Source: a bacterium (GTDB taxonomy: Bacteria; Zhuqueibacterota; Zhuqueibacteria; Residuimicrobiales; Krinioviventaceae). From it: a stretch of DNA of 64,000 bases. The notes beneath the pieces were generated by a model. The model did not search any database and had not been told where the DNA came from. It saw only the letters and a program-made list of their open reading frames with translations. Shown one piece after another: positions 1 through 9,183 of the stretch. The stretch lies in contig CAXXMD010000003.1 of NCBI GenBank assembly GCA_963675755.2, positions 3,072,001-3,136,000 on the forward strand. Reading direction: 5' to 3'. Each line of letters opens with the position of its first letter. The first letter of the stretch is position 1. Made by a program: the position numbers and the translations under genes.

Positions 1-1353
1 ACCACGCGCCTTGCCTCCCAGAGAGCCTCCACCAATTCTTGATATGCTGGAATATGGATCATAAGTCTCTTTTTTGAAATCTGTTATAATGCCTTGTTGG
101 CGTATTTTTCGATATTCTTTCAACGACGCAATTAAATCTTGACGGGCGTTTTCAACATCCGGGAAATCTGTGATTTTGCGTGGACGCAGCTGGTGCGCAA
201 GCCAGAATTCAGTTCTGGCTTTTAACCAGTTTGAAAAATGATTACGTGCAGCATGGTACAGAATACTTTCGGCAGGTACCGACCTTAATTGTTCTTCAAG
301 AGAAATTAGATCATTCGCGCGGCCTACTTCAGCACCTTCTTTGGTGTAAAAAACAAAATCTCCAAAACAGAGGTTGTTAATCATAAAGTGCTGCAATTCG
401 TGCAGCAGAGTAGGCGAGTTTTTCAAAACAAATGAAGCTCCAATGGAATGGGCTTCTTTTTCGTTATCAATATTGTTTGAATTCAATAATACCGGTATAT
501 CAGGATGGCTGTTTAATACGTATTTTGCGAATTCAAGCCCGGCTCTGGCGTCCATAGCATTGTTGCGTGGGAATTCAATATCTGAAATAACACCCAGAAT
601 GGTTTCATTGTAATTATCGTAATACGATTTTGCTTCTTCATAGGTTTTACATAAAAGTATTTTGGGCCGTGCCCGCTGTCGCAGTTGCTTGTGAGATAAA
701 TTAATACCTTCAGAGATCAGGCGCTGTGATTGGCGCATGGTCTCTAGATAGATCATGGGCAGGAAGGAGGAATAATACCTTACATTATCCTCTATTACTA
801 TAATTGATTGTACACCAACCAGATTTGTATCATGATCTACGTTTAATTTATCTTCCAGATGTTTAATAATAGCAAGTAAAAGTCTAAAATCTCCCTGCCA
901 GATAAAGATTTGGTCAAAAACTGATGAATCCTGGTGCAAGAGCAAGTCAGACAATTCCCGATTATCGAACGCAAGCAGTACAATTGGTATACCAATATCC
1001 AGAGATTTTACCTTTTCTGCAAAATTGGAAACCCGCATATCTTCAATATGCAAAGTAGTCAAAATAAGGTCGAACCTGCGTTCTTCCTGTATGATTGCCA
1101 GGGCTTCTTTACCGCTCGATACCCGGGTCAACTCGGGCGAGTGACTTAAATTTAATCCCTGGTATTTCTCACGGATCAATTCATATAATCTGCCGTCTTC
1201 TTCGAAAACATAGAGATCATACAAGCTGGATACCAGTAGAATATCTCTGATACGCAATCGCATAAGATTTTGGAACCCTTGAAATCGGGTTCCATACCCA
1301 TGCTCGACCCATAACGGGTCGGCATGGGGCAGAACTTTGATATTAGATGACAT
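1..1353 (-). CDS. PEP/pyruvate-binding domain protein with N-terminal receiver-like domains (PEP synthase/PPDK-like); runs off the window edge
   Basis: Absent from the ORF track because its stop lies outside the window. Manual translation from ATG at 1353: MSSNIKVL...RIRDILLVSSLYDLYVFEEDGRL...FIWQGD...RARPKILL...FGDFVFYT...NHFSNWLKARTEF...RIGGGSLGGKARG. These motifs match the family commonly found beside gdhA. Confidence 0.85.
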   Translation of the reverse strand, partial: MSSNIKVLPHADPLWVEHGYGTRFQGFQNLMRLRIRDILLVSSLYDLYVFEEDGRLYELIREKYQGLNLSHSPELTRVSSGKEALAIIQEERRFDLILTTLHIEDMRVSNFAEKVKSLDIGIPIVLLAFDNRELSDLLLHQDSSVFDQIFIWQGDFRLLLAIIKHLEDKLNVDHDTNLVGVQSIIVIEDNVRYYSSFLPMIYLETMRQSQRLISEGINLSHKQLRQRARPKILLCKTYEEAKSYYDNYNETILGVISDIEFPRNNAMDARAGLEFAKYVLNSHPDIPVLLNSNNIDNEKEAHSIGASFVLKNSPTLLHELQHFMINNLCFGDFVFYTKEGAEVGRANDLISLEEQLRSVPAESILYHAARNHFSNWLKARTEFWLAHQLRPRKITDFPDVENARQDLIASLKEYRKIRQQGIITDFKKETYDPYSSISRIGGGSLGGKARG

Positions 1354-1371
1354 AGTATCTTTCAATTCTTA

Positions 1372-2733
1372 TTATACAATACCCTGGTCAATCATTGCAT
1401 CCGCAACCTTGAGAAAACCACCAATATTTGCACCATTTACATAATTGCCAGGAGTGCCAAATCTTTCGGCAACATCAACACAGGTTTTATGGATATTTTT
1501 CATGATCATATGCAAACGTTCGTCCACTTCTTTGCGTGTCCAGGGGAGGCGCATCGAGTTTTGTGTCATTTCAAGTCCGGAAACAGCAACACCACCGGCA
1601 TTGGCAGCTTTACCCGGTGCATAGAGCGCGCCCGCATCCAAAAATACTTTGACGCCATCAATGGTTGTGGGCATGTTTGCACCTTCACTGATTACATCAA
1701 CACCGTTCTTGAGCAGGTTTTCAGCATCTTTTTTATTGATTTCATTTTGTGTTGCACTTGGGAAGGCACAATCTGCTTTATGGTCCCAAAGTGGGTTATA
1801 ATCCAGGTTGTGGTCCAGATCGGTATAAACCGCGGTTTTATATTTATCAGCATATTCTTTAATTCTGCCGCGTCGTTGGTTTTTGAGATCCATAACAAAT
1901 TCAAGTTTTTCGCTGTCAATTCCTGCTTCATCATAAATATAACCATTTGAATCAGAAAGTGTAACAACTTTGCCGCCCAGCGCGATTACTTTTTCAGTGG
2001 TATATTGAGCTACATTACCTGAACCTGAAACCAGACAGATCTTTCCTTCAAGTGTTTGTCCTTTGGTTTCAAGCATTTCTGCTGCCATGTATACTGCACC
2101 ATAACCGGTTGCTTCGGGTCTTATCAGAGAGCCACCCCAATTCAGGCCTTTACCTGTAAGTACACCGGTGAATTCATTTTTGAGTTTTTTATATTGGCCA
2201 AAAAGAAAACCGATCTCGCGTCCGCCAACTCCAATATCACCTGCTGGTACATCCGTGTTTGGGCCAATATGACGGTAAAGTTCACTCATAAAGCTCTGGC
2301 AAAAACGCATTACTTCATTATCACTCTTGCCTTTGGGATCAAAGTCAGAGCCACCTTTGCCACCACCCAGTGGAAGCGAGGTAAGACTGTTTTTAAATAC
2401 CTGTTCAAAAGCCAGAAATTTTAAAATACTTAGATTTACAGATGGATGGAACCGGAGTCCGCCTTTATATGGACCAATTGCACTGTTCATTTCAATTCTG
2501 AATCCCCGGTTTATTTGCACTTCTCCCTGATCATCTACCCAGGGAACGCGGAACATGAGAACACGTTCCGGTTCTATGATTCTTTCAAATATTTTTACAG
2601 ATCGGTATTCCGGATAACGGTCATATACCAGCGCTACAGATTCAGCTACTTCTTCCACAGCTTGTAAAAATTCACTTTCATGCGCGTTCTTTGCTTTTAC
2701 ATCGCTCATCAGGGAATTGATAAAATCCGACAT
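1372..2733 (-). CDS. gdhA: NADP-specific glutamate dehydrogenase
   Basis: GPYKGGLRFHPSVN, GGGKGGSDFDPKGKS, DVPAGDIGVG, RPEATGYG, GSGNVAQY, KAANAGGVAVSGLEM. Confidence 0.97.
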   Translation of the reverse strand: MSDFINSLMSDVKAKNAHESEFLQAVEEVAESVALVYDRYPEYRSVKIFERIIEPERVLMFRVPWVDDQGEVQINRGFRIEMNSAIGPYKGGLRFHPSVNLSILKFLAFEQVFKNSLTSLPLGGGKGGSDFDPKGKSDNEVMRFCQSFMSELYRHIGPNTDVPAGDIGVGGREIGFLFGQYKKLKNEFTGVLTGKGLNWGGSLIRPEATGYGAVYMAAEMLETKGQTLEGKICLVSGSGNVAQYTTEKVIALGGKVVTLSDSNGYIYDEAGIDSEKLEFVMDLKNQRRGRIKEYADKYKTAVYTDLDHNLDYNPLWDHKADCAFPSATQNEINKKDAENLLKNGVDVISEGANMPTTIDGVKVFLDAGALYAPGKAANAGGVAVSGLEMTQNSMRLPWTRKEVDERLHMIMKNIHKTCVDVAERFGTPGNYVNGANIGGFLKVADAMIDQGIV

Positions 2734-3009
2734 GATAACCTCTTTATTATAATTTTCAAGATTTTTAGGAAAAGATGCAGAATATCATGTGGATTTACGG
2801 GAAAGATAAATTCAGCAGGGTACACTCTAATTGTGGATATATTAGAACCATAGCACCTGTTTTTAGTAACTACCTCGGTAGAGTATACAAAATTTATCAT
2901 TTCCTTGCAACCTTTTTTTGATTTTGTATGCAGTGAATTCAAATTTATTGTTTGCAACATTGTTTTAAATCTGTTACTTTAAAAGAAAATTATAATAAAA
3001 GGAGGGCCC

Positions 3010-4584
3010 ATGAAGAACCTGTTTGCGGGAATAGATAGCTCTACCCAGAGTACCAAATTACTTGTACTGGATCTTGATGAGAATAAAGTTGTACATGTGG
3101 ATGCAGTGAATTATGATAATGATTTACCTCAATATAATACCCGAAATGGTGTTGTTGTCAGTCAAACTGAAGGTGCATCCGAATCGGATCCCATGATGTG
3201 GGTAGAAGCTTTGAATATATTATTCGCGCGTTTACAGAAATCTAATGTTCCTCAACAAAATATTAAAGCGATCGCTGTTTCAGGGCAGCAACATGGTTTG
3301 GTTACCCTGGATGCAGAGGGTAACCTTACACGAAAAACCAGTAAATTGTGGAATGATTTCAGCACTCAGCAGGAATGTGATCTAATGACAAAAGCCGTCG
3401 GCGGGTTGGATGCCATGATTGAAGAGGTTGGTAACAGTCAACGCACGGGTTATACGGCAGCAAAGATTTTTCATATGGTTCGTAACGAACCGGAAGCTTT
3501 TGCAAAAACCACTACCTGTTTTCTGGTTCACAATTTTATCAACTGGTATCTCACAGGAGGCAAAGATGGTGGCGTTCGGGTGATGGAACCGGGAGATACT
3601 TCCGGAATGGCATTGTGGGACCCTAAAACCGGCAAATGGTCTGATAAAGTAATGAATGCCATTTCACCGGATTTAAAAAATAAAATTCCAGCTCTTGAAC
3701 CTGCTGATAAATCTATTGGATTTATTGGAAAAACACTTGCTGAGCAATATGGCTTTGATCCGGAATGCCGGATTGATGCCGGTTGTGGAGACAATATGTA
3801 TGGCGCGGTGGGCACCGGTAATGTAGAGCCGGGTATTGTAACGATCAGCCTGGGAACAAGTGGAACCGCTTATACCTTCCTGGATGAACCTTATATTGAT
3901 CCTACCGGTGAAATAGCAGCCTTTTGTGACAGCACCGGGCACTATTTACCTTTGTTATGTGTATCTAATCTGGCGAATGGATACAACGCAATTATTGACC
4001 AATTTAAATTAAGTCATAAAGAATTTGTAGATATTGTAAAAACGGTTCCGGTTGGAAATGAAGGGCGTATGCTGATTCCCTGGTATATGGGCGAACGTAC
4101 TCCGGATGTACCTCAGGCAAGTCCGGTTTATTTTGGTTTTGATTTAGATGATTTTACCAGAGAAAAATTGTGCAGAGCCGTATTAGAGGGGCATATATTA
4201 AATCTTTACGACGGTTTTAGAAAAATGCCGGTCAAGGCAAAAGAAATTCGGGTAACCGGAGGACTTGCTCAATCCGAAGCCTGGGTACAAACGATTGCAG
4301 ATGTATTTGAAGCAGAAGCTGTACCAGTTGAAGGTGAAGGTGCGGCATTGGGTGCAGCATTGCATGCAGCATGGGTATATGATAAGGAAAATGGTGGAAA
4401 TGCTTCTTTGAAAGATATAACAGAACCTTTTGTAATATTACGTGAAGAAAGACGCTGCAAACCTGTTCCTGAAAATGTGGATGTTTTTAGAGTACAAAAA
4501 TCCATGTTTTCTGCTCTAAGTCAACGTGTCAGGGGACACAATTCTAATGATGATCCTTTTGCTTTGCGAGCAAAATTGTTATAA
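3010..4584 (+). CDS. xylB: FGGY-family carbohydrate kinase, probable xylulokinase
   Basis: GIDSSTQSTK, SGQQHGLV, GDNMYGAVGTG, ISLGTSGT, GERTP, GAALGAA; RBS GGAGG at 3001. Confidence 0.85.
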   Translation: MKNLFAGIDSSTQSTKLLVLDLDENKVVHVDAVNYDNDLPQYNTRNGVVVSQTEGASESDPMMWVEALNILFARLQKSNVPQQNIKAIAVSGQQHGLVTLDAEGNLTRKTSKLWNDFSTQQECDLMTKAVGGLDAMIEEVGNSQRTGYTAAKIFHMVRNEPEAFAKTTTCFLVHNFINWYLTGGKDGGVRVMEPGDTSGMALWDPKTGKWSDKVMNAISPDLKNKIPALEPADKSIGFIGKTLAEQYGFDPECRIDAGCGDNMYGAVGTGNVEPGIVTISLGTSGTAYTFLDEPYIDPTGEIAAFCDSTGHYLPLLCVSNLANGYNAIIDQFKLSHKEFVDIVKTVPVGNEGRMLIPWYMGERTPDVPQASPVYFGFDLDDFTREKLCRAVLEGHILNLYDGFRKMPVKAKEIRVTGGLAQSEAWVQTIADVFEAEAVPVEGEGAALGAALHAAWVYDKENGGNASLKDITEPFVILREERRCKPVPENVDVFRVQKSMFSALSQRVRGHNSNDDPFALRAKLL

Positions 4585-4592
4585 AAATCCAT

Positions 4593-4617
4593 TCCCCCGG
4601 TAAGCCGGGGGAGTTTT
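4593..4617 (+). terminator. Rho-independent terminator after xylB
   Basis: CCCCCGG-TAAG-CCGGGGG hairpin followed by a T run. Confidence 0.8.
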
Positions 4618-4749
4618 CCTTTCAAGAAATAATAATTATTTGTATATTGTTGAAAATAAAAAGTGGTTAAATGTTCATTAGTTTATACCTTTGGGCTGAT
4701 ACTGCATTAAAATTTGGTTATAATCCATTCATATAAAAAGGAGATTTAC

Positions 4750-5214
4750 ATGCAAGTTGCAAAAGACATGGTTGTTGCCATGCATTATACATTGGTATTA
4801 GAGAATGGTGAAATTGCAGATACTTCAGCAGACCGTGAACCGCTGAGTTTCATTTGTGGTCACAGTCAGATTATTCCTGGATTGGAAAACGAATTGATGG
4901 GAATGACTGTTGGTGATAAAAAAACTGTCAAAGTTGCGCCAAAAGATGCTTATGGTGAATATGATGAAAGTCTGTTACAACGCGCTCCCAGAGAACAAAT
5001 CCCTGAAAATATAGAGTTGAAAGAAGGTTTGGTATTACGTGCAAATAGTGAAGATGGTCAAATAATGGAATTTGTTGTAAAATCCTTTGATGAAAAAGAA
5101 GTTGTTTTTGATTTGAACCATCCTCTGGCAGGCGAAACACTGACTTTTGAGACTGAAATTATGGAAGTACGAGCAGCAAGTCCTGAAGAAATTGATCATG
5201 GACATGTTCATTAA
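4750..5214 (+). CDS. slyD: FKBP-type peptidyl-prolyl isomerase, SlyD-like
   Basis: VVAMHYTL, GHSQIIPGLE, APKDAYGEYD, DLNHPLAGETLTF, C-terminal HGHVH; ATG at 4750 after AAGGAG. Confidence 0.92.
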   Translation: MQVAKDMVVAMHYTLVLENGEIADTSADREPLSFICGHSQIIPGLENELMGMTVGDKKTVKVAPKDAYGEYDESLLQRAPREQIPENIELKEGLVLRANSEDGQIMEFVVKSFDEKEVVFDLNHPLAGETLTFETEIMEVRAASPEEIDHGHVH

Positions 5215-5224
5215 GATTATTTAT

Positions 5225-5259
5225 AAAGGCCGTCAGCAAATTGGAGACGGCCTTTTTTT
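5225..5259. terminator. Bidirectional terminator between convergent slyD and GWxTD genes
   Basis: AAAGGCCGTC...GACGGCCTTTTTTT. Confidence 0.8.
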
Positions 5260-5262
5260 ATT

Positions 5263-7836
5263 TTAATCATTACTTGCTTGATAATTGGGGTGTTCTATAG
5301 TAATTCCTACTTTTTTTGTATATTCTTGTCCGCTGTTCAAATCTTTTATATTGATGATTAAATCATAAATACCAGTTTCCTGTTTTCCCACAGCCAGATT
5401 GAGATATATGCTTTCATCTCGACTTATACCTTGATAGTCAAATGCCGTTCCGGTTTGCCCGTCTTTTCCCAGCAGACTTTTAAAAAATCCATACAGTTTC
5501 TGTTCTTTAAGGTTTTCTATGGGACCAGCTGGTTTCAAGCTGCATTCTACATTGAAATGAGTTTTAAATTCATTGTTGAGAATTAAATTGTATATTTCAA
5601 AATAGATACCAATTGTAGCATTTGATGGATAAGCTGAAAACATGTGAGGTGTATAAGTGATATCATTTTTGGTGAATTTGGAATATTCGGTTTTTACTGT
5701 AATCGGATTGGATAAAATTACATCACTGGACAATAGTTGATTTGTATTATAGTTAACAATTTGAAGCGTGTCTCTATAAACACCGGTACGATGAGATAAA
5801 AGATCGGTGAATTGTAATTCATAAACATGAGAACCGGGTTTAATTGAAGTGCGGTCTAGTCTTACAGCTGAATTATATTTCCAGGCATCCGGTCTAACAT
5901 CTACCGGTACTTTTTCAGTTTTTTTGATTCTCACTGAAGGGTCCCAATTCCTGTCATACATACCTAAAAATGTTTTCAGATGCAATTCAGGGGGAGACTG
6001 GGAACGGTCCAGAACGGTTTGATTGCCTTCCAGTAGATAATAAAGCTCGAGATCGGTTTGATTGTTTTCACCTTTAAAACTTTTAAAGGTATAGGGAATG
6101 GTTAGTGGTTTTGAAATGTATCTATAATCAGAGCTTTCAGTTTGCAGTGCTGATTTTAGATCCTCAAGTGTTTCATTTTTGAATTCAACACACATACGTT
6201 TGACTTGTTCAATATCTGGCCTGTCCATAAAAGAGACTACACTTAATTGTCCGTATTTAGGATCAAGGTCTTCCCGGCCTGCCGGTGCATACGGTATGGC
6301 TTCTATAACCCATCCCAGAAATCCACCGTATTTTTTGAAATGGAAAATCATTTCGGGGCGGGTATCGGTTTTGAAATATTTCCAACTCAGGTTCATTGGA
6401 AGGTTATCAAAATATTCTTTACGATATAAACTTTCACCCAGGTCAGCTCTGGGAACACGTGGAGCACCAACTGCCATTTGGGCTTCGTCATCGGGTGATT
6501 CGTTCAGTCTTCTGGCAATTTCTCCTGAATTCGCGCTGATACCTCCAACGATGTGACGCATTGCTGCATCATATTCATCCTGTTTTTTTAGACGCCATGA
6601 AATATATTCTTCAGAAATAATATTTGGCATTCCATCCATTGATCTAGCCTGATCATCCGGGAATCCATGGCGTATAAAAATGAGCCCTAGATCGTCCAAA
6701 TCCCGTTCACTGTTGATGACAGCTTGAGGAAAACCTGCTGCTTCGAGCATTTTTGAACCCTGAATATTGTAATTGGCAAAAGGATGTAAATCCTGATAGG
6801 CTACTTCATTGAACCTGTTACTCAACATGTATCTGCGATAGTTTTTTTGAGCAAATGAAAGCCTGCGATAATGTTCTCCAATTCTTTCGTTTTCCAGAGT
6901 AGCATAATTGGGGTCCCGAACATTCCAAAAGCGTTTGTAAAAAATTGGCAGGTCCTGGAGACGGGTGTTTTGTAACTTGTCATGCTCTTTATCTGTTAAA
7001 AGGTAACTGAGATCTTTATAGACTTCAATTACTGTTGTGCTGTCTTGAAGGTTTTCAATAGCTTTCCAATAGTGTTTTAATCCCTTTGCATCATCCTGCA
7101 TATTGAAATAGTTTCTGGCTAAAAGCAGATCAAGCATACTTGTAGAATAATCCGGGAATTTTTTTTGAGTTTCTAATAACTGATCCAGACTGAGCTGGTA
7201 ATGTCCTGCAGCAAAATGGACATGAGCAAGGTTTAAATAATACTGGGGATTATCCGGATTTTTCTCTATCAAATAATTGATGGTTTCGATAATGTTTTCA
7301 TTATCTTGCATCCATAACGCTATTTCAAGGAATTGCTGGAAAATTTCCTGATTGTCAGGATTGTGTCGAATGGCTTTGTTGTATAATTTTAGGGTTTGTT
7401 CCGGCATATCTAATAGTTTATTGGCATTGCCTATTTCAAGCCATGCATCCGAAATAGTGGGATCATATATGACTGCTTTTTCAAAATAATCGCGGGCTTT
7501 GATAATGCGCTTGGGTCGATGTTTGTAGACCATACCCATTTGATAATATGCGCGTGCATATTCCCTGTCAAGTTGAGTCGTCTTTCGGAACTCGTTCAAA
7601 GCATCCCTGCCTGCGGGATTTTTTGAATAATAAACCATACCCATGCCATAATGCGCCTGTGCAATATCGTTATCCTTGTCCAGGATAGACTTGAACAGTT
7701 TTTCTGCTTCTTTTAATTCTTTTTTGTAGACATGTGTCATCCCCTGTTCGAATAATGGCTGCCACCAAAGATCAGCTTCTGATGCAGACAAAACTGTAGA
7801 CAAAATGATTACTGCCAAACCAGTAATATATTTCAA
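5263..7836 (-). CDS. Secreted TPR-repeat + GWxTD-domain protein
   Basis: Signal peptide; TPR repeats (AQAHYGMGMVY, ARAYYQMGMVY, SDAWLEIG); FWNVRDPNYATLENERIGEHYRRLSFA and DDLGLIFIRHGFPD match the GWxTD core; C-terminal Ig-like beta domains (IGIYFEIYNL). Confidence 0.8.
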   Translation of the reverse strand: MKYITGLAVIILSTVLSASEADLWWQPLFEQGMTHVYKKELKEAEKLFKSILDKDNDIAQAHYGMGMVYYSKNPAGRDALNEFRKTTQLDREYARAYYQMGMVYKHRPKRIIKARDYFEKAVIYDPTISDAWLEIGNANKLLDMPEQTLKLYNKAIRHNPDNQEIFQQFLEIALWMQDNENIIETINYLIEKNPDNPQYYLNLAHVHFAAGHYQLSLDQLLETQKKFPDYSTSMLDLLLARNYFNMQDDAKGLKHYWKAIENLQDSTTVIEVYKDLSYLLTDKEHDKLQNTRLQDLPIFYKRFWNVRDPNYATLENERIGEHYRRLSFAQKNYRRYMLSNRFNEVAYQDLHPFANYNIQGSKMLEAAGFPQAVINSERDLDDLGLIFIRHGFPDDQARSMDGMPNIISEEYISWRLKKQDEYDAAMRHIVGGISANSGEIARRLNESPDDEAQMAVGAPRVPRADLGESLYRKEYFDNLPMNLSWKYFKTDTRPEMIFHFKKYGGFLGWVIEAIPYAPAGREDLDPKYGQLSVVSFMDRPDIEQVKRMCVEFKNETLEDLKSALQTESSDYRYISKPLTIPYTFKSFKGENNQTDLELYYLLEGNQTVLDRSQSPPELHLKTFLGMYDRNWDPSVRIKKTEKVPVDVRPDAWKYNSAVRLDRTSIKPGSHVYELQFTDLLSHRTGVYRDTLQIVNYNTNQLLSSDVILSNPITVKTEYSKFTKNDITYTPHMFSAYPSNATIGIYFEIYNLILNNEFKTHFNVECSLKPAGPIENLKEQKLYGFFKSLLGKDGQTGTAFDYQGISRDESIYLNLAVGKQETGIYDLIINIKDLNSGQEYTKKVGITIEHPNYQASND

Positions 7837-7969
7837 TGTACTCTCCCCATTTGATTAGGTATTTTGAAATGTTGTTAATTGTACCCCAACTGATATTACA
7901 AAACAAGCCTTTTTAATTAATAAAAAAAAATTACCATTAATGCAAGAAATTAAAAAACTTTTTTTAATT

Positions 7970-8545
7970 TCAAGGAGTTGTGTATGATGGCTCTGTGGGT
8001 TCTGTGACGGCCATGTCACGTTCCCAACCACTGTATTGTAATACAAGGGATTCTATTGCAATTTCGTTTGAATTGGCATCAAACTCGGTTACTGGACTGT
8101 ATTGTGCCGGCCAGCAGTTATAAACCTTGAAGGCCATAACAGTTTGTCCTGCTTCATTCAGCAATTCAATTATTATATCTTTTTTATATTCAGCCTGGGG
8201 TGTACTTGAATTGTTATTCCAGACCTGGGTTGCCCATTGTTCAAAGGATGTATCATGAGTGCGGCCCCGCTCAAGTAAAAGAGGCTGAACAGTTGTTTTT
8301 CCCGGCACCTGTTTAACTGTACCGTTTTTGTCATTTCCTGATTTATAAACCATGATTTGAGTTTCCCGGTGCAAGCCACTGATATGGAAAATTCCGGGTA
8401 TATATTTTCCGTCCCATTTTACTCTGAATTTACTGCGATTATAAGGATTTGTTCGGTGTGTATTTACAGCAAACTCGATTGCAATTGATGAACCTGCTAT
8501 TATAAATATTAAAAAGATTATTGATACAATTCTATTTTTTTTCAT
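7970..8545 (-). CDS. Phage/eCIS tail tube protein (T4 gp19 / Afp1-like) with N-terminal Sec signal peptide
   Basis: FAVNTHRTNPY..KFRVKWDGKYIPG, PGKT...LLLERGRTHDTSFEQWA, KKDIIIELLNEAGQ...FKVYNCWP, DANSNEIAIESLVL..GWERD..VTEPTEPS; signal MKKNRIVSIIFLIFIIAGSSIA; RBS AGGAG. Confidence 0.88.
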   Translation of the reverse strand: MKKNRIVSIIFLIFIIAGSSIAIEFAVNTHRTNPYNRSKFRVKWDGKYIPGIFHISGLHRETQIMVYKSGNDKNGTVKQVPGKTTVQPLLLERGRTHDTSFEQWATQVWNNNSSTPQAEYKKDIIIELLNEAGQTVMAFKVYNCWPAQYSPVTEFDANSNEIAIESLVLQYSGWERDMAVTEPTEPSYTTP

Positions 8546-8569
8546 AATGAACTCCTGATTTTCAATATA

Positions 8570-9106
8570 TTATCGAATACTGAGGTCACGTTCCCAGCCT
8601 TCATGTTCCAGAACCAGAATTTCCATTGCTTCATCACTACTGTTTTTTTCCAGTTTGGTCAAGGGAACATATTTTGAAGGCCAGCATTTGTAAACCATAA
8701 AAGCCATCAAGGTTCTGCCCGTATTGTCTATCAGTTCAATAATAATATCTTTACGAAAATCTCTCAAAGAGACTTCTGATCCCAATCCGCTGCCCACATA
8801 GCTGACTTTATTTGCCCATTTTTCAAATTCATTGTCCATTGAGCGAGGTCTTTTAAGAACAATGGGTTGATACTCGGTCTGTCCGGGTGCCCTTTGTGCA
8901 GTATTGGGACTTGCTCCATTACGATATTCAATGACCTCGGTTGTTCTTACCAGATCACTAACAAATGAAACATCAGGAATAACCTTTCCATCCCATTTGA
9001 CATGGAAATCGACCTGTACATTCCCGGTTGATGGTGGTTGAGCGGATGAATTAAAAAATAAAGTGAATATAAAGAAGGTTAATAGAATGAATTTTACTTG
9101 TTTCAT
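8570..9106 (-). CDS. Phage/eCIS tail tube protein paralog (gp19 / Afp1-like) with Sec signal peptide
   Basis: FHVKWDGK, RTTEVIEYRNG, PGQTEYQPIVLKR, EFEKWANKV..GSGLGSEVSLRDFRKDIIIEL, VYKCWPSKY, LEHEGWERD; signal MKQVKFILLTFFIFTLFFNSSA|Q; RBS AGGAGG. Confidence 0.88.
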   Translation of the reverse strand: MKQVKFILLTFFIFTLFFNSSAQPPSTGNVQVDFHVKWDGKVIPDVSFVSDLVRTTEVIEYRNGASPNTAQRAPGQTEYQPIVLKRPRSMDNEFEKWANKVSYVGSGLGSEVSLRDFRKDIIIELIDNTGRTLMAFMVYKCWPSKYVPLTKLEKNSSDEAMEILVLEHEGWERDLSIR

Positions 9107-9183
9107 AATTTCCTCCTGATTTGTTATAACTATAAACCCTTGTTATTGCGAATTTATTCTAAATCAGGATATGGTTTTTATTA

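Noticed and set aside
180-1149. Short plus-strand ORFs at 180, 374 and 934
   Set aside because: Antisense shadows of the long minus-strand gene 1-1353.
7970-9106. Prophage or complete eCIS/T6SS locus suggested by the tube genes
   Set aside because: No integrase, capsid, terminase, sheath, baseplate, spike or lysis genes in the window; flanking genes are cellular.
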